Of a stretch of DNA of 64,000 bases, positions 13,690 to 27,409 are shown piece after piece. The position numbers were made by a program, and so were the translations under genes. Within the stretch, counting starts at the first letter, position 1. Each line of letters begins with the position of its first letter. Source of the stretch: Camelus ferus (Eukaryota). The stretch spans positions 88,848,001 to 88,912,000 of the forward strand of contig NC_045697.1 in NCBI RefSeq assembly GCF_009834535.1. Direction: 5' to 3'. The notes beneath the pieces are model-generated. The model was not told the DNA's origin. It ran no database searches and saw nothing but the letters and a program-made list of their open reading frames with translations.

Positions 13690-16600
13690 TACTTAGTGTG
13701 TACCCAGTCCTAGCCTAAGAATGTTGTATAATCTATTTCATGTACGTGAGTCCAGCTTTGAGATTGGCTCCAATTAGACATTTATATACAACTGAGATTA
13801 ATCTCTACTTTAACTTGATTTCTCTATTATTATAAACTTAATTAGTCTGCCTGATCCCTGGATATATATATATTTTATTTGTCCATGTGGCTGGTCCTGA
13901 CTTTTCTGTGGTAAAGAATTATCTGCCAGGCTTCTTTGTGATTTACTTATTATATATTAGAGAGGGCCCATTGTATCACAAGATTACTTGCAGCTCTAGA
14001 ATAAATTTCACTTATCTTTATACCTTAAAATGTAGAGAACGGGGAAAATAGCAAATAAGAAACTTTGTGCAACCTCCTGGAATATTTCAATCACGTATAT
14101 GCACAGAAATATATCAACCATTGACTTCAGGCTACTTTTTACGGATTTTTTTTCCTTTAATTGTTTGATGTAAAAATTTCAAGCAACATTTTTCCATTGT
14201 TTTCAGTTTTGAATAGTTTTATCAGTGTAATTTCCTGTACCTTGACCTAAAATGTAGGACACAGTTTCTATTCTCTCTGAATTTCAAGGATAATGATAAG
14301 ACTGAATAAGGGTAACCTTCTTTGTTTAAAATTGCCAACTCAGTTACACTAAATAGTTCTGAATGTATTTCACAGTGTTATTTAGACATTTTTTAACTAA
14401 CAAGTTCATTTTAATCTCTGATCAAGAGTCTTTAGATGAGATAATATTGTTATCTGCAATGAAGGTATTTTATATGAAAATAAATTTAACATTTTATCTG
14501 TATCTAGAATCTCTGAGTTTAACTAAAATTTTAGATTATATAATCACTTAATAAGAATAAAGCAAATATTTATATTTCACTGTGTTCACAACATTAAGTA
14601 GCATATGCATTAATCTCAAGGATTTCATGCATACAACTAAGAAAGTGTTACATTGAGGCAAACTACTATAAATTAAAGTTTCATAGAAATACTCTGGCTT
14701 TGATAATTATTTCATTATCCTAGGAATGAATTTGTATATTCTTCAAAATATTGGGGAGTTATAGAGTGTTTTGAGAAGAAAGCAATTCTAATTATTGATG
14801 AAAAAATTTACTTATATATGGTACGTACACAAGGCAGATCATTTGACCTGTGAATGGGTTTCATATTCTAGTGACCTGAAGACCTTGTTGGAACTGCTTC
14901 ATAAACATTAATGCTATCTGCAAGCATTCCATGCGTTACAGCTGCATGATAAGTTGACAAGTACCAGTTCATCATAGAAATAATTAGCATTTATGGATTG
15001 TGAATAAATGTACACATTTCATTACAGAACTACATACGCATAGTTATGTGCTATATTTCCTGGGACTAAATTATTCTCAAGACTGAGGGGAAAAAAGAAA
15101 CCAACACAACCACACACACACAATAAAACTGCCAGAAAGAATCATGTAACTAAACCACTTTTAGAACATTGAACGCAAATGGTTAGAAATAATGCACTGT
15201 TTTGAGTTTAAAGATCTAGTGGGCTATAAAAGCCTACTAAATTCAAGTCCCAATACTTATGAATAAACTACAGAATGTTAAAATAATATATTTACTGATT
15301 TATGATTTGGCTATTTGATGCAAGGAGCAGAGAGACAAAAAATAGCCTGAGCTCTCCATTTTTCAGGGTAGTATAAAGGTTCAGGGAGAATTTTGAGTTT
15401 CAATACGTCTACCTGTATTTTCTAGACATAGAGTGCATGCCCAGAGACACTTAGACTTGACAGGAAAGAAAAGTCCTTTTCTTTACAGTAAGGCCAATAT
15501 AGATGGTTCCATGGCCTGTAATTGTAGCAGTAAGGTTTCAGTTCCTGAGATGAAAGCTGTTTCTTAGATGATGCTGCAATATTCTGTGCAAAAATAACTA
15601 TATTTCTATGTGTATTTTCTCAAAGATAACGATTGCTGTCATCAGTTCACTTTAATGTTATTACCTGATATATTTGTCATTATGAATTTGAATATAAAAT
15701 CAAATTTTTCTCTTTTTCATAATTCTAATTAAAGTTAACATATATTATTTCCTCCACTCAACTATCCTATCAAACTTTTTCCCTAAAAAATAGGCTGTTC
15801 TGCTGTTTACAGCAAGGCTATAAAATCTTGGTTTTATGTTCTCTTTTTGCCTCTGCAAGTTAACTGTTTACACCAGGAAGCAGCATACACAGTGGACCAA
15901 GGTTGTCCAGATCCTTGATTTAATTGCTTGCATTCTGGCTGATTTATGTAGAAATGCTAGGCCATCACTTTGTAGTTAAGTGTAGTTTTGTCAGTGTTTT
16001 TAATTTCTTTTGATCTTGGGCATGAAAGATTTCATATACTTGCATAGAACTAAATTTTATATCTTTGTTGTTTATAATAATATTTTTATCCAGATGTCTT
16101 CATAACTTTTTCTCAATAATAATTGTATCTGCATTTATGCCTCAATATTTACTGATAGATTTAGCCATGGAAAATGCATAAAATTTCCTTAGGGAGGAAT
16201 CCTATTTTAAATATATCTATTTATATAGATATATCTATTTAAATATATAATATGTATTTTAAAATCTAATTACTTTCTCTAAGTAATATATCCATCTATT
16301 GCACCAGTTGATAAAACTTTTTTTTTTGCATCAGTTGGTGGAACTTTTCTTGCTCCAAACCTGTGGAATTTTAAGTCAAAGAGTTAAAGTAGGCTGTTGA
16401 CCTTGTTCTAGCCAGATCTTAAAATTCTCTTTATCTCCTGCTGGTGAATTGACCTGTGGCCTCCATTAGCTTTATTTATTCATATTTTTCCTGATCCTCA
16501 GAGTCCTAAGTATTTTGAACTTTATAACTTCTGCTTTGTTCTCTTGTGAATAGTCTTAAATAAACTACAAAGATTGAAAGCCACAACTCTTAGTGAGGAG

Positions 16601-17296
16601 AAAAATCCTACCTTTTCAAAGCTCAACTCAGTCCTTGTTTATCCTTTAAATTTTTGTGAATAAGTCAGGGACTGAAAGTTATCTCCATAAATATTTTTCT
16701 CTACATCAACATATGGACAAAGGACATTAGATAAGAGACTATCAAATCACAGGAAAATAATAATTTTATCATTTTTTAAAAAAAGAACAGGCAGGCTCTG
16801 CCTGGTAGAAAAGGAAATCCTACTACTCAATTGAAAATTACGTTTATAAGGAACGTGATGAGTTTCAAGAAAAGACAAAATTTAACTCACTTATTCACAG
16901 AATCATGAGAAAGAGTATTTTTCAAGAAAAAAAGAGGTAATGGGTGACCAAATTATGCTAGAAGACTTTTGGCAAAGAGTCACCATCCTTTCTGACCTGA
17001 ATAGCTAAAATTAACTTCAGAAATTTAGGAGCTATTTGTGAACAGTTTATGTTACTCTATAGATTTTCCCCAACAAAAGAGCCCAGAGGATAGCATCTTT
17101 ATTAAGGATAGATTATCTAGATATACAATATGTTTTTTAGAAATTCTTATAATATTCCATAATTTCCCAACATCTTTATGATAAAATATTAAAATATACA
17201 TGATATTATGGACCAGTGAAGGAAACACTATCCTGGGGCAGAAGATATTTTTCTATCTGTTTGCACTGCTTATCTGCTGTTTACCTTTAAATTCTT

Positions 17297-17420
17297 ATTT
17301 ATTTAGGAGGGAGGGAGTAATTAGGTTTATTTATTTTTAGAGGAGGTACTGGGGATTGAACCCAGGACCTTGTGCCTGCTAAGCATGTGCCCTAGCACTT
17401 GAGCTATACCCTCCACCCAC
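17297..17420 (-). mobile_element. tRNA-derived SINE, camelid vic-1-like
   Basis: Minus strand ggagggtatagctcaagtgctag...gtcctgggttcaatccccagtacctcctctaaaaataaataaacctaattac; Pol III A box (TAGCTCAAGTG) and B box (GGTTCAATCCC); perfect 15-bp TSD tacctttaaattctt at 17282-17296 and 17421-17435. Confidence 0.9.
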
Positions 17421-18289
17421 TACCTTTAAATTCTTTACCAAAACAATAGGGTGGTTTATTCTACACATCATCTTTGTTAGAAAAAAATCTCTGCAATCGT
17501 TTTCTGAAATGAGGATTTATAGAAGATTTTTTAAAATTAAAATATGACATATGTGCCTGGGAAAACAGATAAACTATAATCTAAAAATAGCCCAATAATA
17601 AGGGAAGCCTTTATATTTGTATCCTTTCATGTGTAATTTTACTGCTAACATTTTCTTCAAAAAGTACTAAACACAGTAAATGTACATAATAAAATTTTGC
17701 AGAGAATTATTTTCTCAAAGGCCATTAGCCAGATGCTTAATAGGAATTAAAAAGTATTTATTGGTTCTGACAAGAAATGTAAAAGCAGACTTAAAGCATC
17801 CATGACTAATGCCATACATCAGAAAGTTTTATTACCCTTCTCTGAAAATTGGTGTCGGCCTCAATAAATTACTAAAGTTATAAATGTTTGGCTAATCGTA
17901 TAGAGTGTGGCACTGTTAACGTTGAATTCTCAGGAATTATGTGACAGAAATAAGGAAATGTACAGGAAAATATCCGCTCTCTGGAATATTGTTTTTCTCT
18001 TTACTTTTGTAATTTCACATTTCAACACCCTAGTCAATAGCAGGCAGTATATAGATCATTTGTTCACCAGATTGTAAACATCTTTTCAGATCAAAAGCTA
18101 ACAAGAAAAGAATTATGGGCTATGTATTATTACTTACAAAGAAAATTAACTGCAGCTAAATCATCCATAAGGTGTCTTTGGAGGCATCATATATCAAATA
18201 TGCAGTTTCATTTTATAAAATTTTTGGTGCAGTTTAGTTTGCAGTCAGCACATGTTTAAGAAGATTTCATTTTTTCCCTTCCATTGCAG

Positions 18290-19212
18290 GCATCAACTCC
18301 CATTTGGCTTATAGCATTGCTTCTGGTGATAGCCTTGGGCAATTCACAGTTGACAAGAATGGCGTACTGAAAGTCCTCAAAGCTTTGGATCGGGAAAGTC
18401 AGTCTTTCTACAACCTGGTTGTTCAGGTGCATGACCTGCCGCAACCTCCAGCCTCCAGATTCACAAGCACTGCTCAAGTCTCCATTATTTTGTTGGATGT
18501 AAATGATAACCCACCAACATTTCTTTCCCCGAAATTGACGTACATTCCGGAAAACACACCTATTGATACTGTTGTTTTCAAAGCACAAGCCACTGACCCA
18601 GATAGTGGCCCAAACAGCTATATTGAATACACCCTACTGAACCCTTTGGGAAACAAGTTCAGTATTGGGACCATTGATGGTGAAGTGAGGCTCACTGGAG
18701 AACTGGATAGAGAAGAGGTCTCTAATTATACTCTAACGGTGGTGGCTACAGACAAAGGGCAACCATCTCTCTCTTCATCTACAGAGGTTGTGGTCATGGT
18801 ACTTGACATCAATGATAACAACCCTGTTTTTGCACAGGCCATGTATAAGGTGGAGATTAATGAAAATACACTTACCGGAACAGATATCACACAAGTATCG
18901 GCAGCAGATAGAGACGAAGGTACCAATGGACAGGTTCGTTATGGCATCATTGGTGGTAATGCCAATCAGGAATTTCGGATCGATTCTGTCACCGGTGCCA
19001 TCACTGTGGCTAAGCCTTTGGATAGAGAGAAGACCCCTAATTACCTTTTAACTGTTCAGGCAACAGATCGGGGCAGCACCCCCAGGACTGATACCTCCAC
19101 TGTCAGCATTGTCCTGCTGGATAGTAATGATTTCGTTCCCGTATTTGAACTATCTCCATATTCTGTAAATGTCCCTGAGAATTTAGGGGCACTACCCAGA
19201 ACAATTCTTCAG
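18290..19212 (+). CDS. FAT4: FAT4 coding exon (4th in window), 923 nt, phase 1-0; about three cadherin repeats
   Basis: ttttttcccttccattgcag| acceptor; (G)INSHLAYSIASGDSLGQF...LDRE x3...LPRTILQ; donor CAG|gtcagt; matches ORF 18304..19230. Confidence 0.97.
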
Positions 19213-19346
19213 GTCAGTATATTTAAATAAAATAAATATTGTGCTCATTATAAGATGTCTAATTTAATTATAATGTTCATACTTCCCCCACCCTCTTCCT
19301 TACTCTCACCCATAAATAATGCTTACTTGCAGATATAGCAAATCTT

Positions 19347-19489
19347 TATTTTTATATATATATTTATATATATAATTGAAGTAAATATAATTATAATTTA
19401 TATATATAATTGAATACATATATATAATTGAATTATATATATTTATATATATATAATTGAAGTAGGTTCACAATGTTGTGTCAATTTCT
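19347..19489 (-). mobile_element. Extremely 5'-truncated L1 3' end with expanded AT-rich tail
   Basis: attgaagtaggttcacaatgttgtgtcaatttctg is the reverse complement of the L1 terminus seen at 34200-34236; TSD gatatagcaaatctt (19332-19346) / gatacagcaaatctt (19490-19504). Confidence 0.75.
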
Positions 19490-20007
19490 GATACAGCAAA
19501 TCTTGAAAAAGACAGGTTTACAAAAAATTATACCTAAGAACCTAGTGATTTTCTTGTAGATTATATATTGCATTTCAGTTACATTCTTTTGTTTTTACTT
19601 GTGTTCCACACATTTATGTATTTGTGTATGTTTGACTTTTGTTTGACTATGACTGTAATATCTGCACATAGTAAGAAAATAAAATGATGTAAAAGTTTGA
19701 AAACTGTTACAAATGTTATTCTCCCTTCCACTCTTTACATATCTAACTACCTGAATAAAACTGTGGTTAAAAATTTTTTGTGAAGCCTTCCAAACATGCC
19801 ATGTATTCATTTGACACCTACTTTTGTACAGATAATACATTGTACTATTTTAATTTTTGTACTTGAAACTTACAAACATGTCTCTGAAACCTTTTAATAT
19901 TGGTACACATGGCTCTACCGCATTATTTTTAATGATACATTTTATTTCACCGCGGACGTTTTGTTAGCTGTACTCAAATTCATGACGTGTGTTGTTTTCT
20001 CCTGAAG

Positions 20008-20182
20008 GTGGTGGCAAGAGATGATGATCAAGGTTCTAACAGCAAACTCTCATATGTTCTGTTTGGTGGTAATGAAGACAACGCTTTTACTCTCTCAGCT
20101 AGTGGAGAACTTCAAGTAACACAGAGCTTGGATCGTGAAACGAAAGAGCATTTTGTCTTATTGATCACAGCTACAGATTCAG
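20008..20182 (+). CDS. FAT4: FAT4 coding exon (5th in window), 175 nt, phase 0-1
   Basis: ttgttttctcctgaag| acceptor; VVARDDDQGSNSKLSYVLFGGNEDNAFTLSASGELQVTQSLDRETKEHFVLLITATDS; consensus donor CAG|gtaagt. Confidence 0.96.
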
Positions 20183-23100
20183 GTAAGTCTGTACTAACCT
20201 TGTTTGGCTGTGAAGAATTTCTTCATAACGTGTGAATGAAAGTATTTTTGTCTACCATTAAATTAAACAGTTGTTGAAATCTACTAATGTTAGCAACTCC
20301 CACTGTATCTATATCATTTGTAGAGCATACATCACTTTATGAAATTTACAGGTAAGTGGTAAAGGTCTAAGCTTATTTCAAACAAAGCTCTATTTCTGTA
20401 AGGCAGAATGTATCCCTGCCTGGCAGGCCACCCCAGTGCCTCTGGGGGTGACTTGATGCTCTACCACATGAGCCACAGGGCATTTTGAGTACTTCAGCTT
20501 TGAAAACATCCAGATGGTTCTGACTGGTCTGGAGATAAGAGAGTGGGTCCTGAGTTCTACTTCATCAGCTCTCAAAATTGTGAGTAGTTGTAATATGCAT
20601 TTGATGAAGCCCCACAGAGCTCCAAAAAGAGTGTCAGTGAGAGCCAGGGTTCTCACTGAGGTGGCAGGGTAGTGGACTACCACAGAAACGCATTAGCTTT
20701 TAGTGTTTGGAAAGAGCAATCACATAAAGTTGTATAACACATAACACAAAATAAAATCTATTTAAAAAGGTAATGTTACTGCTGACCACTCCTTTGTTTG
20801 GCGTATATTGACTCTATTGAACACTTCTAATTCAAAACTGAAACAACTAAAAATGTGTTAAAGAATCTCTAGGCCTTGAAGAAAGTAGGTGTTGCTTAAA
20901 TATGTGTTGAATTAATGAAATAATGAATCATTGATTTCCAAAAGTGTCAGAGAATTATGAAACATTGCCCTTATGTAACATTCATTTATAAAATTGTCAC
21001 AACTTAGTATTTTAAGTATTGGAGACTTTAGAAATCTTAACAATTTTTTAAAAATTTGTTAAAATTGTTTTAAGCCAAGGCAGATTTATCGGAACCTCCA
21101 ATGACTGAAGATTTTTATATATGTATATTCATGTAGACGTGTGGATACTGACATTGAAGAACAATTCTGAATTTTCAAATGAGCTGTTTTTACTGAGGTT
21201 GAAAAGTTTTTGATGAATGTAATATATTGATACTTATGTTGTATATGACCAACTTCAGAGGGTACACTTTCAGGTCACCACTTCTCATTAAAAAGGAGAT
21301 TTTTAGATTAAGAGTAATTATAAATTTAGGTTACATATTCAGATGATAGTGCCACTGTTAATTGAGGTGGCTCTGTCTATGTATTATTTGCCATTTACTT
21401 TTGGGAGTGTAATCATCTGAGACTACTGGAAGAAGGCACTATTTTCTGTATATTTTTTTTAATGCGTGTCAAAGACCATGTTACACTTCATGCAAGCTAT
21501 AAAATCCCAAAGAATGATGAAAAGAATGCAGTGTGCTCACCACATAAAACTTAAAGCAAGTTGATCCAAAACATGTTTTACTATGCATGCAAGACAGTAT
21601 TGTGCTTTTTGCTCAGGAGGTAAGCATTTTCATGTGAAAAATACAGTCACTACCATACGCTCAAATCAATCTAGTATCTCAAGAGTCACCTGGAGAGAAG
21701 AGAGGTTGAAATGGAGTAGAAACTGGTTGAGAGTCAGATATTTAGAATCTAGATTTTACTACAAAAACACCCTAGTCTCAGCTTTCCTCTCCAGTTACTG
21801 GAAATGTGCAGTCAATTCTAGGCACGCACAGAAACAGAGTGTTTGTGGAGGTGATTTTACAGGGGGAGGAGGACCAAGGACCAGGAATCTGGTCTCTAAG
21901 GCATCAGTCACTGTTAAGATTTGCTGTACAGACCATGTGTCACACATAGGTCATCCCAGAGTGGGGAGCAGATTCTGACTGTGAGAATCAAGGGTGCAGT
22001 GCAGGGTGACCCAGGATGGGCAGGTAATAACCCACAGAAGTTCTCCATCAGAGGATTTGTACTTTGGAACATTCTAAGTCAAAAGCCATGGCAGAGAAAG
22101 AATGTAACCATGTAAACAGAGTCTCTGTTTTCAATCCAATAATCCTGAGAATTTAAAAATCTTTCTGTATACCTATGAAGCCTAAGGTGAAGGGGAAGAG
22201 AATGGTTGTTTTTTGATTTTTGGCTATCTGAGTGTTGCAGTTCACCAGGTTTTACAGATATTAATCCATTTCTACACATTCCTTTTCTTTAGTATCTCAA
22301 AGACTTAGGCATTTTTCTTTCCACTGTACTTTCAGTAAACCCAAGCTCAGAGTGGTTAAGTAATTTGCCCAGGATTACACAGCCAAGATGTAGCAAGAGT
22401 AGAATTTAGACCCTAGCATATCTGACTTCCAAATAAAGTGTATACTGAAGGTTCTAATGTGAAGGTAAAGTAAAAGTTGAAAAATATATTAATTTCCAAA
22501 ATTCTTTTATTTACAAAGTAAACCCAGTAATATTCTATTACTATAATGATAAAATCTTTGAATTTGAATTGATCTTGATTTGAATTCTGGTTCCATCATC
22601 ATCTTATTCCTGATTCAAGCAAAATGTATTATCTCAATCTCAGTAACTTTCTCAGTGGGAGTTTATTACAAGGTTTAATTGATACAACATATGTTAAATT
22701 GCTAAATATGCCTAACACATAGTGTATATAATGACTCTAACAAGAACTGGGATCCATGCACTTAAAACATTTTAAAATTCTTAGGAATATTTGCCTTGTT
22801 CCTTACTCCATAAGTATTATAGAGCCTGTTAGGAGGAATTTCACAAGAAGGAGCACTGATATTAAGACAGTGCAAGAACCAAGGCCGGGTTCCAGGGAGC
22901 CAAACTATGTGCATTCCTGATGCCATCAGTCTCCATCCTGGGGAAAATTGGGGATTTATAATTCTTAATATAAAGACAAATAATGGAAATGTAAGTTTAA
23001 TTTCTATGAAGGACTGTTGCCATTAAATGGAAAATGTGAAAACCAAGTGTATACATATTTGAGATAGGAGAGTTCTGAGTTACAGAGAGTGAAAATTCAG

Positions 23101-24747
23101 GTTATCAGTGAAATAAAAGTATTTAGAAGTTTGTTATTCAGGGTCTTAAATATGGTGCTAGGGAGCATGGTGGGAGGCATAAATGAGACTCAGTGGCACT
23201 GGTACCTCAGTCACAATATTTTTACAGTCCTGGAAATTAGAGAACTGATTGAACTTTGCCCTAAAGGGCAAATTTTTATGAGGGCATTTTTTTTTCTTTT
23301 TTTTTTTTTTTTGAGTTTCCCTGAAGTGGATGGGTGTTCCTGAGGCCACTGGAGTAGAAGTATTCAATTAGGGTCTGAAGGTCATTTAATATGGCTCACG
23401 CACAAAACAATCAGAAATTCTGAGGGAAATTGGAATAGACGATCTTAAAATTATTAAAATTCTTTTGTGGCGACAATTTTATATTCAGTTCCTCTGTACA
23501 CTTTTGGTATCATGCATATCCATTATTACAGAAGAATATGAGAGTTTTAGATATCCAGCTTCAGAATCTGCAGTGTAAGCCTGTATCCCAGGAATGCAGT
23601 CTCTGACAAAAGGTTTAAAATACATATTCACAGCTATGATTTAGAAGTCAAATTGGTAGATGACATAAGAAAATTAAGAAAAATATGGCAGCCTTTAGGT
23701 CCCAGATGCCATGTTATTCTCAAATTTGCAGAGTTCTAAGAATTGGGAAAATATCAAAGTGTTCTAAACAAGAAAAAATATTTGACAGTTTTATTCCTTC
23801 GCTCACAAATCACTTTTGCTTTGCTCTTTTTAAGTTCTTCCCTAATGGCGGCCCAAAGATGGTTCAACTTTGGTAGTGTGACAGCAATTGAAGCAGCAGC
23901 TTTTTTAATCAGCAAACCTCTAAATCTTTGAATATTTTGGGGGAGAAACTATTAGCATTCCAGCCTGACCGTATTTTTATTTACTGACTTGCATGGTTAT
24001 AGAGCAGCACATCTGGAAACTCTCTAACTACTCCTGTCTACTGCTTGAAATGAGCCACAACCACACAGATCATCTGTGTGTGGGGCTGAATGCTACATCG
24101 TTACATAACAAGACCAGAACAGAGTATAATAATTCTAACTTTTTTTCTATAGGATTTACTTACCAAAGATTCATTTAATGAGTTGAGACTACAACTTACT
24201 TAAAGATGGTATTTTGTTTAATTCTGTATTGTTCATTGTTGTTTTTTCTGGAAATTGCTCATTGTTGTTTCTTCTGGAAATATACACTGTACCATGTAGA
24301 AACTCCTCCGAGGCTGAGGCTTCACCTAGATACGTTAATGCAGGTGCTGCAGAGAACCCAGCTCAATGTGATTCCTTCTAAGAGGGGAGCTGGCCCTAAA
24401 ACGATTAATGTCCTTCGCTTGCTTTGGAATTGTGTTCCCAAGTACCCTTCCTTACAAGAGTTTTCCTTATTGTCTTCCCATAAGTGCAATAAGTAAAACA
24501 ATATGTTCTTAATGTAGTAAGTATCAGGAAATTATCAGGGAACCTAGAGCAGTGCACTTTCAAAAATTAATCTTGAGAATTAATTTACAAAGTGGAAGTA
24601 TATCCTAGGGATAAATACATAGCTTTAGAGTGAAAAAGAGAATCAAAGGCCACCTCTGCCATTTCCGAGCTACATGACCTTGAACAAATTGCCTTCATGC
24701 TCATATGTATAGAATGGAAATAGCAATCCCTACTCTAAAAACTTATT

Positions 24748-25012
24748 ATCATATGATATCACTTATATGTGGAATCCAAAAAAAAAAAAAAAAAAGAGCT
24801 ACAAATTTTATTTATAAACCAGAAGTAGATTCATGGAAATAGAAAACAAACTGTGGTTACCAGAGGGGAAAGGGCAGGGAGGGATAGACTAGGAGTTTGG
24901 GATTAATAGATACACATCACTATACGTAAAATAAACAAGAACCCACTGTATGACACAGGGAACTATATGCAGTTTCTTGTAATGAGCTGTTACAGAAAAG
25001 AATCTGAAAAAA
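24748..25012 (+). mobile_element. L1 3'UTR fragment (laurasiatherian/artiodactyl type)
   Basis: atcatatgatatcacttatatgtggaatc...atagaaaacaaactgtggttaccagagggg...gagtttgggattaa...acagggaactata; homologous to the reverse complement of 56200-56450. Confidence 0.85.
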
Positions 25013-25169
25013 TTTAGAATTAGACCATTATGTTCCATCACTTACTTAAAAACTTAAGCAATTTCCAAGAATAAAAACTTGCCACTGACCACATGGCATT
25101 AAATGACCAGGCCTCTGTCCACTTCTCTGGCCCCTTCTGTCACTATCAGCTGCTGCCTTTATCATGTGC

Positions 25170-25320
25170 CAGCCACTATCACCACCCAGCACTGCGTTCA
25201 GTATCTTCACGTAGGTCAGGTTGAAATCGGCCAATGTAGGAATATTTACACCACAGAAACGAGCAAACCTGGGTGACTTGCTTCTAAAAAGCAGTTGCCA
25301 AACATTTACAAGACATTGGC
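25170..25320 (+). mobile_element. MER63-like hAT DNA transposon fragment
   Basis: ttgaaatcggccaatgtaggaatatttacaccacagaaacgagcaaac...cagttgccaaacattta resembles the recalled MER63 3' end. Confidence 0.55.
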
Positions 25321-25479
25321 AATGCCAGTTAACCTGGCCCCTTTAAAAATGTCTACCTTTTCCTGCCTTCGTCCTTTGCTTGTCGGTCTTGCTGTCTGGA
25401 GTGTTCTACTTTGTAGCTGGCTGGGGTATTTTTCTTTTTCTAATTTTTAATGGGATGAGAGCACTTTCACATCTTGGTT

Positions 25480-25830
25480 ATTTTGTCATTACATTGAGGT
25501 CAAACGTCAGCTTCTCAGAGGACTTATTTGACCACCATCCAGAGGTCCCACCTCCCCTCTCTCCATGGCCACCGTCTGTCGCTTTACTTTGTTGTGATTT
25601 CTTCTTAACACCAATTGTTACTTAAGATTACATGTTTATGTACATATAGTATATATGTATACTACATATATATGAGTGTGGATAGTTTCTTTCCCCCAGC
25701 AATAACTGTCATGCTTCCAGTAGAATGCAAACTTCCTAAGTCTTATTCAAAACTGAATACCCAGAAACATCCAGACTAGAACTTGTAACATAGCAAGTGC
25801 TTAATAAACTATGTTGAATGAATGAATGAT
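25480..25830 (+). mobile_element. L2 LINE 3' end
   Basis: tcaaacgtcagcttctcagaggac...tagaatgcaaacttcc...acatagcaagtgcttaataaactatgttgaatgaatgaatga (typical L2 terminal TGAA repeats). Confidence 0.75.
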
Positions 25831-27409
25831 TTAATAAGTGAAAAATGGTGGTAATTTGTTATCACCATCCTGTTATTTTAACACGTAGACATTATTTTGT
25901 ATTTATTTACCATACTTTTATTTAGTTTATTGTTGTGTGTTTATCACTTGCAGGTTTTTCAGAATACCCACCAAAAGGAAAAGTGCCAATCTTTTTTAAC
26001 TCATGGCTGAAATTCCAGAAGTTTTCGCTACATTGGTTGTGGTCATTCAAACTGACCCCTCCTTTGAAAAGCAGCACAAGTGTTTAAGGCTCTGGGGTGT
26101 TTAGTGTGATGTGATAAATTGCAGTCATATGTAAGGACCCACTGAAGCATTTTATGGCTTTAATTCAGTTTCAAATGCTTAAAATACTGCTGGAGCTATA
26201 TTCCCATGACTCTCTCCTGAACTTCTGGCTCTGACTCAGTTCTGTTATCTGTTAGATGTTTCTAGGTAGCTCTTGTCTCAGCTTTGTGCTGTGCTGCCTA
26301 CGTTTCTTAATTCGGCTCACTAACTCAAAATCTGCATAAACAGAAACTGCTTTTGAAAAGTTTCGGCACTTGGCAATTCTTTTATACCTGGGCTTCCCAA
26401 AGCAACACGGTCTGAGCCTTCCATATCTCCCAAATATCCAACACCTTTTTCGCTACAAAAAATATATCCTACATGTAGCATTTGGCTCCACATAGCTTAA
26501 TGATAAAGGCCTATGAATCTTTACATAAATGTAATACAAAAAGGTTTGCTTGTTTTGAGTTTTGTTATGAAGATTTTGGTGTTCAGATAAAATATTCCAA
26601 TAGCTATGCATCTATACATGTAATTTTTCCAGGTCTCTTAGAAAAAATATTTTAACCTTTGATGATCTTCTGCCCTCACCAGTAAATTCAGAGTCCGTGA
26701 GCCATTAGTATCTGCTACCATTCTTACAAGGAACTAAATTTATATACAAAAAAAGCAGCAAAATTAGATGATGTGACAGTAAGGGGATGTTACAGGTAAA
26801 ACCCAGTGTGTCATGTGGAAGGATTTTAAAAGACAACTATATGTGAAAAAAACTCTAAGAAAACTCTGACTTAAAATGATAATTTTATAGCCAGAAGACT
26901 TTTTTTTTTTGGAAATGAGCCAGTCCCTTTCATTTTTGAGGTAAGAAAGTTGAGGCCTGGAATAATTAGGCAGTTTGCCTCTTTGCAAAACATCGATTTC
27001 CAAAAATGCAATTTTAAGAAAGCCTTTCTTCTTACCATTGTACTCTAATGAATAAAACATTCTACTGTTATTTTTCTTTTCCAAATAAATAAATAAATAT
27101 TTCCAAATATTTTAGGTGAAGTCAAATCCATTGGTATCAGTCATTTCAGTGCTGATGGTTTGAAAATAAGCTTAAATTTAGGCATTGTTCAAATTAAATT
27201 GCTAAGTAGGAGAAGATATAAAAAATTCAGTAGGTTTTCCAGGTAGAAGATAATATTGCCAATTATCCCTGCTAACTGTCGTCTTTCATTTATTAAAACC
27301 TAACTATAATGGGAATTTAATAGACCTTATAAGTGAATTCTGTTTAGAGTCAGTGAGACTCCTGCACGTCTGCGGGCAGTACTGGTGTGTAACAAGTATC
27401 TTGACAATG

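Noticed and set aside
16205..16250. AT-rich palindrome atagatatatctat with short direct repeats
   Set aside because: Low-complexity TA slippage product, expected by chance.
17340..17420. tRNA-Ala-like gene on the minus strand
   Set aside because: It has a SINE tail and TSD, and the acceptor stem does not pair: a tRNA-derived SINE, not a tRNA gene.
24736..25056. taaaaactta repeats as the TSD of the L1 fragment
   Set aside because: Only 10 AT-rich bases, and the second copy lies ~35 nt beyond the recognisable L1 end; could be chance.
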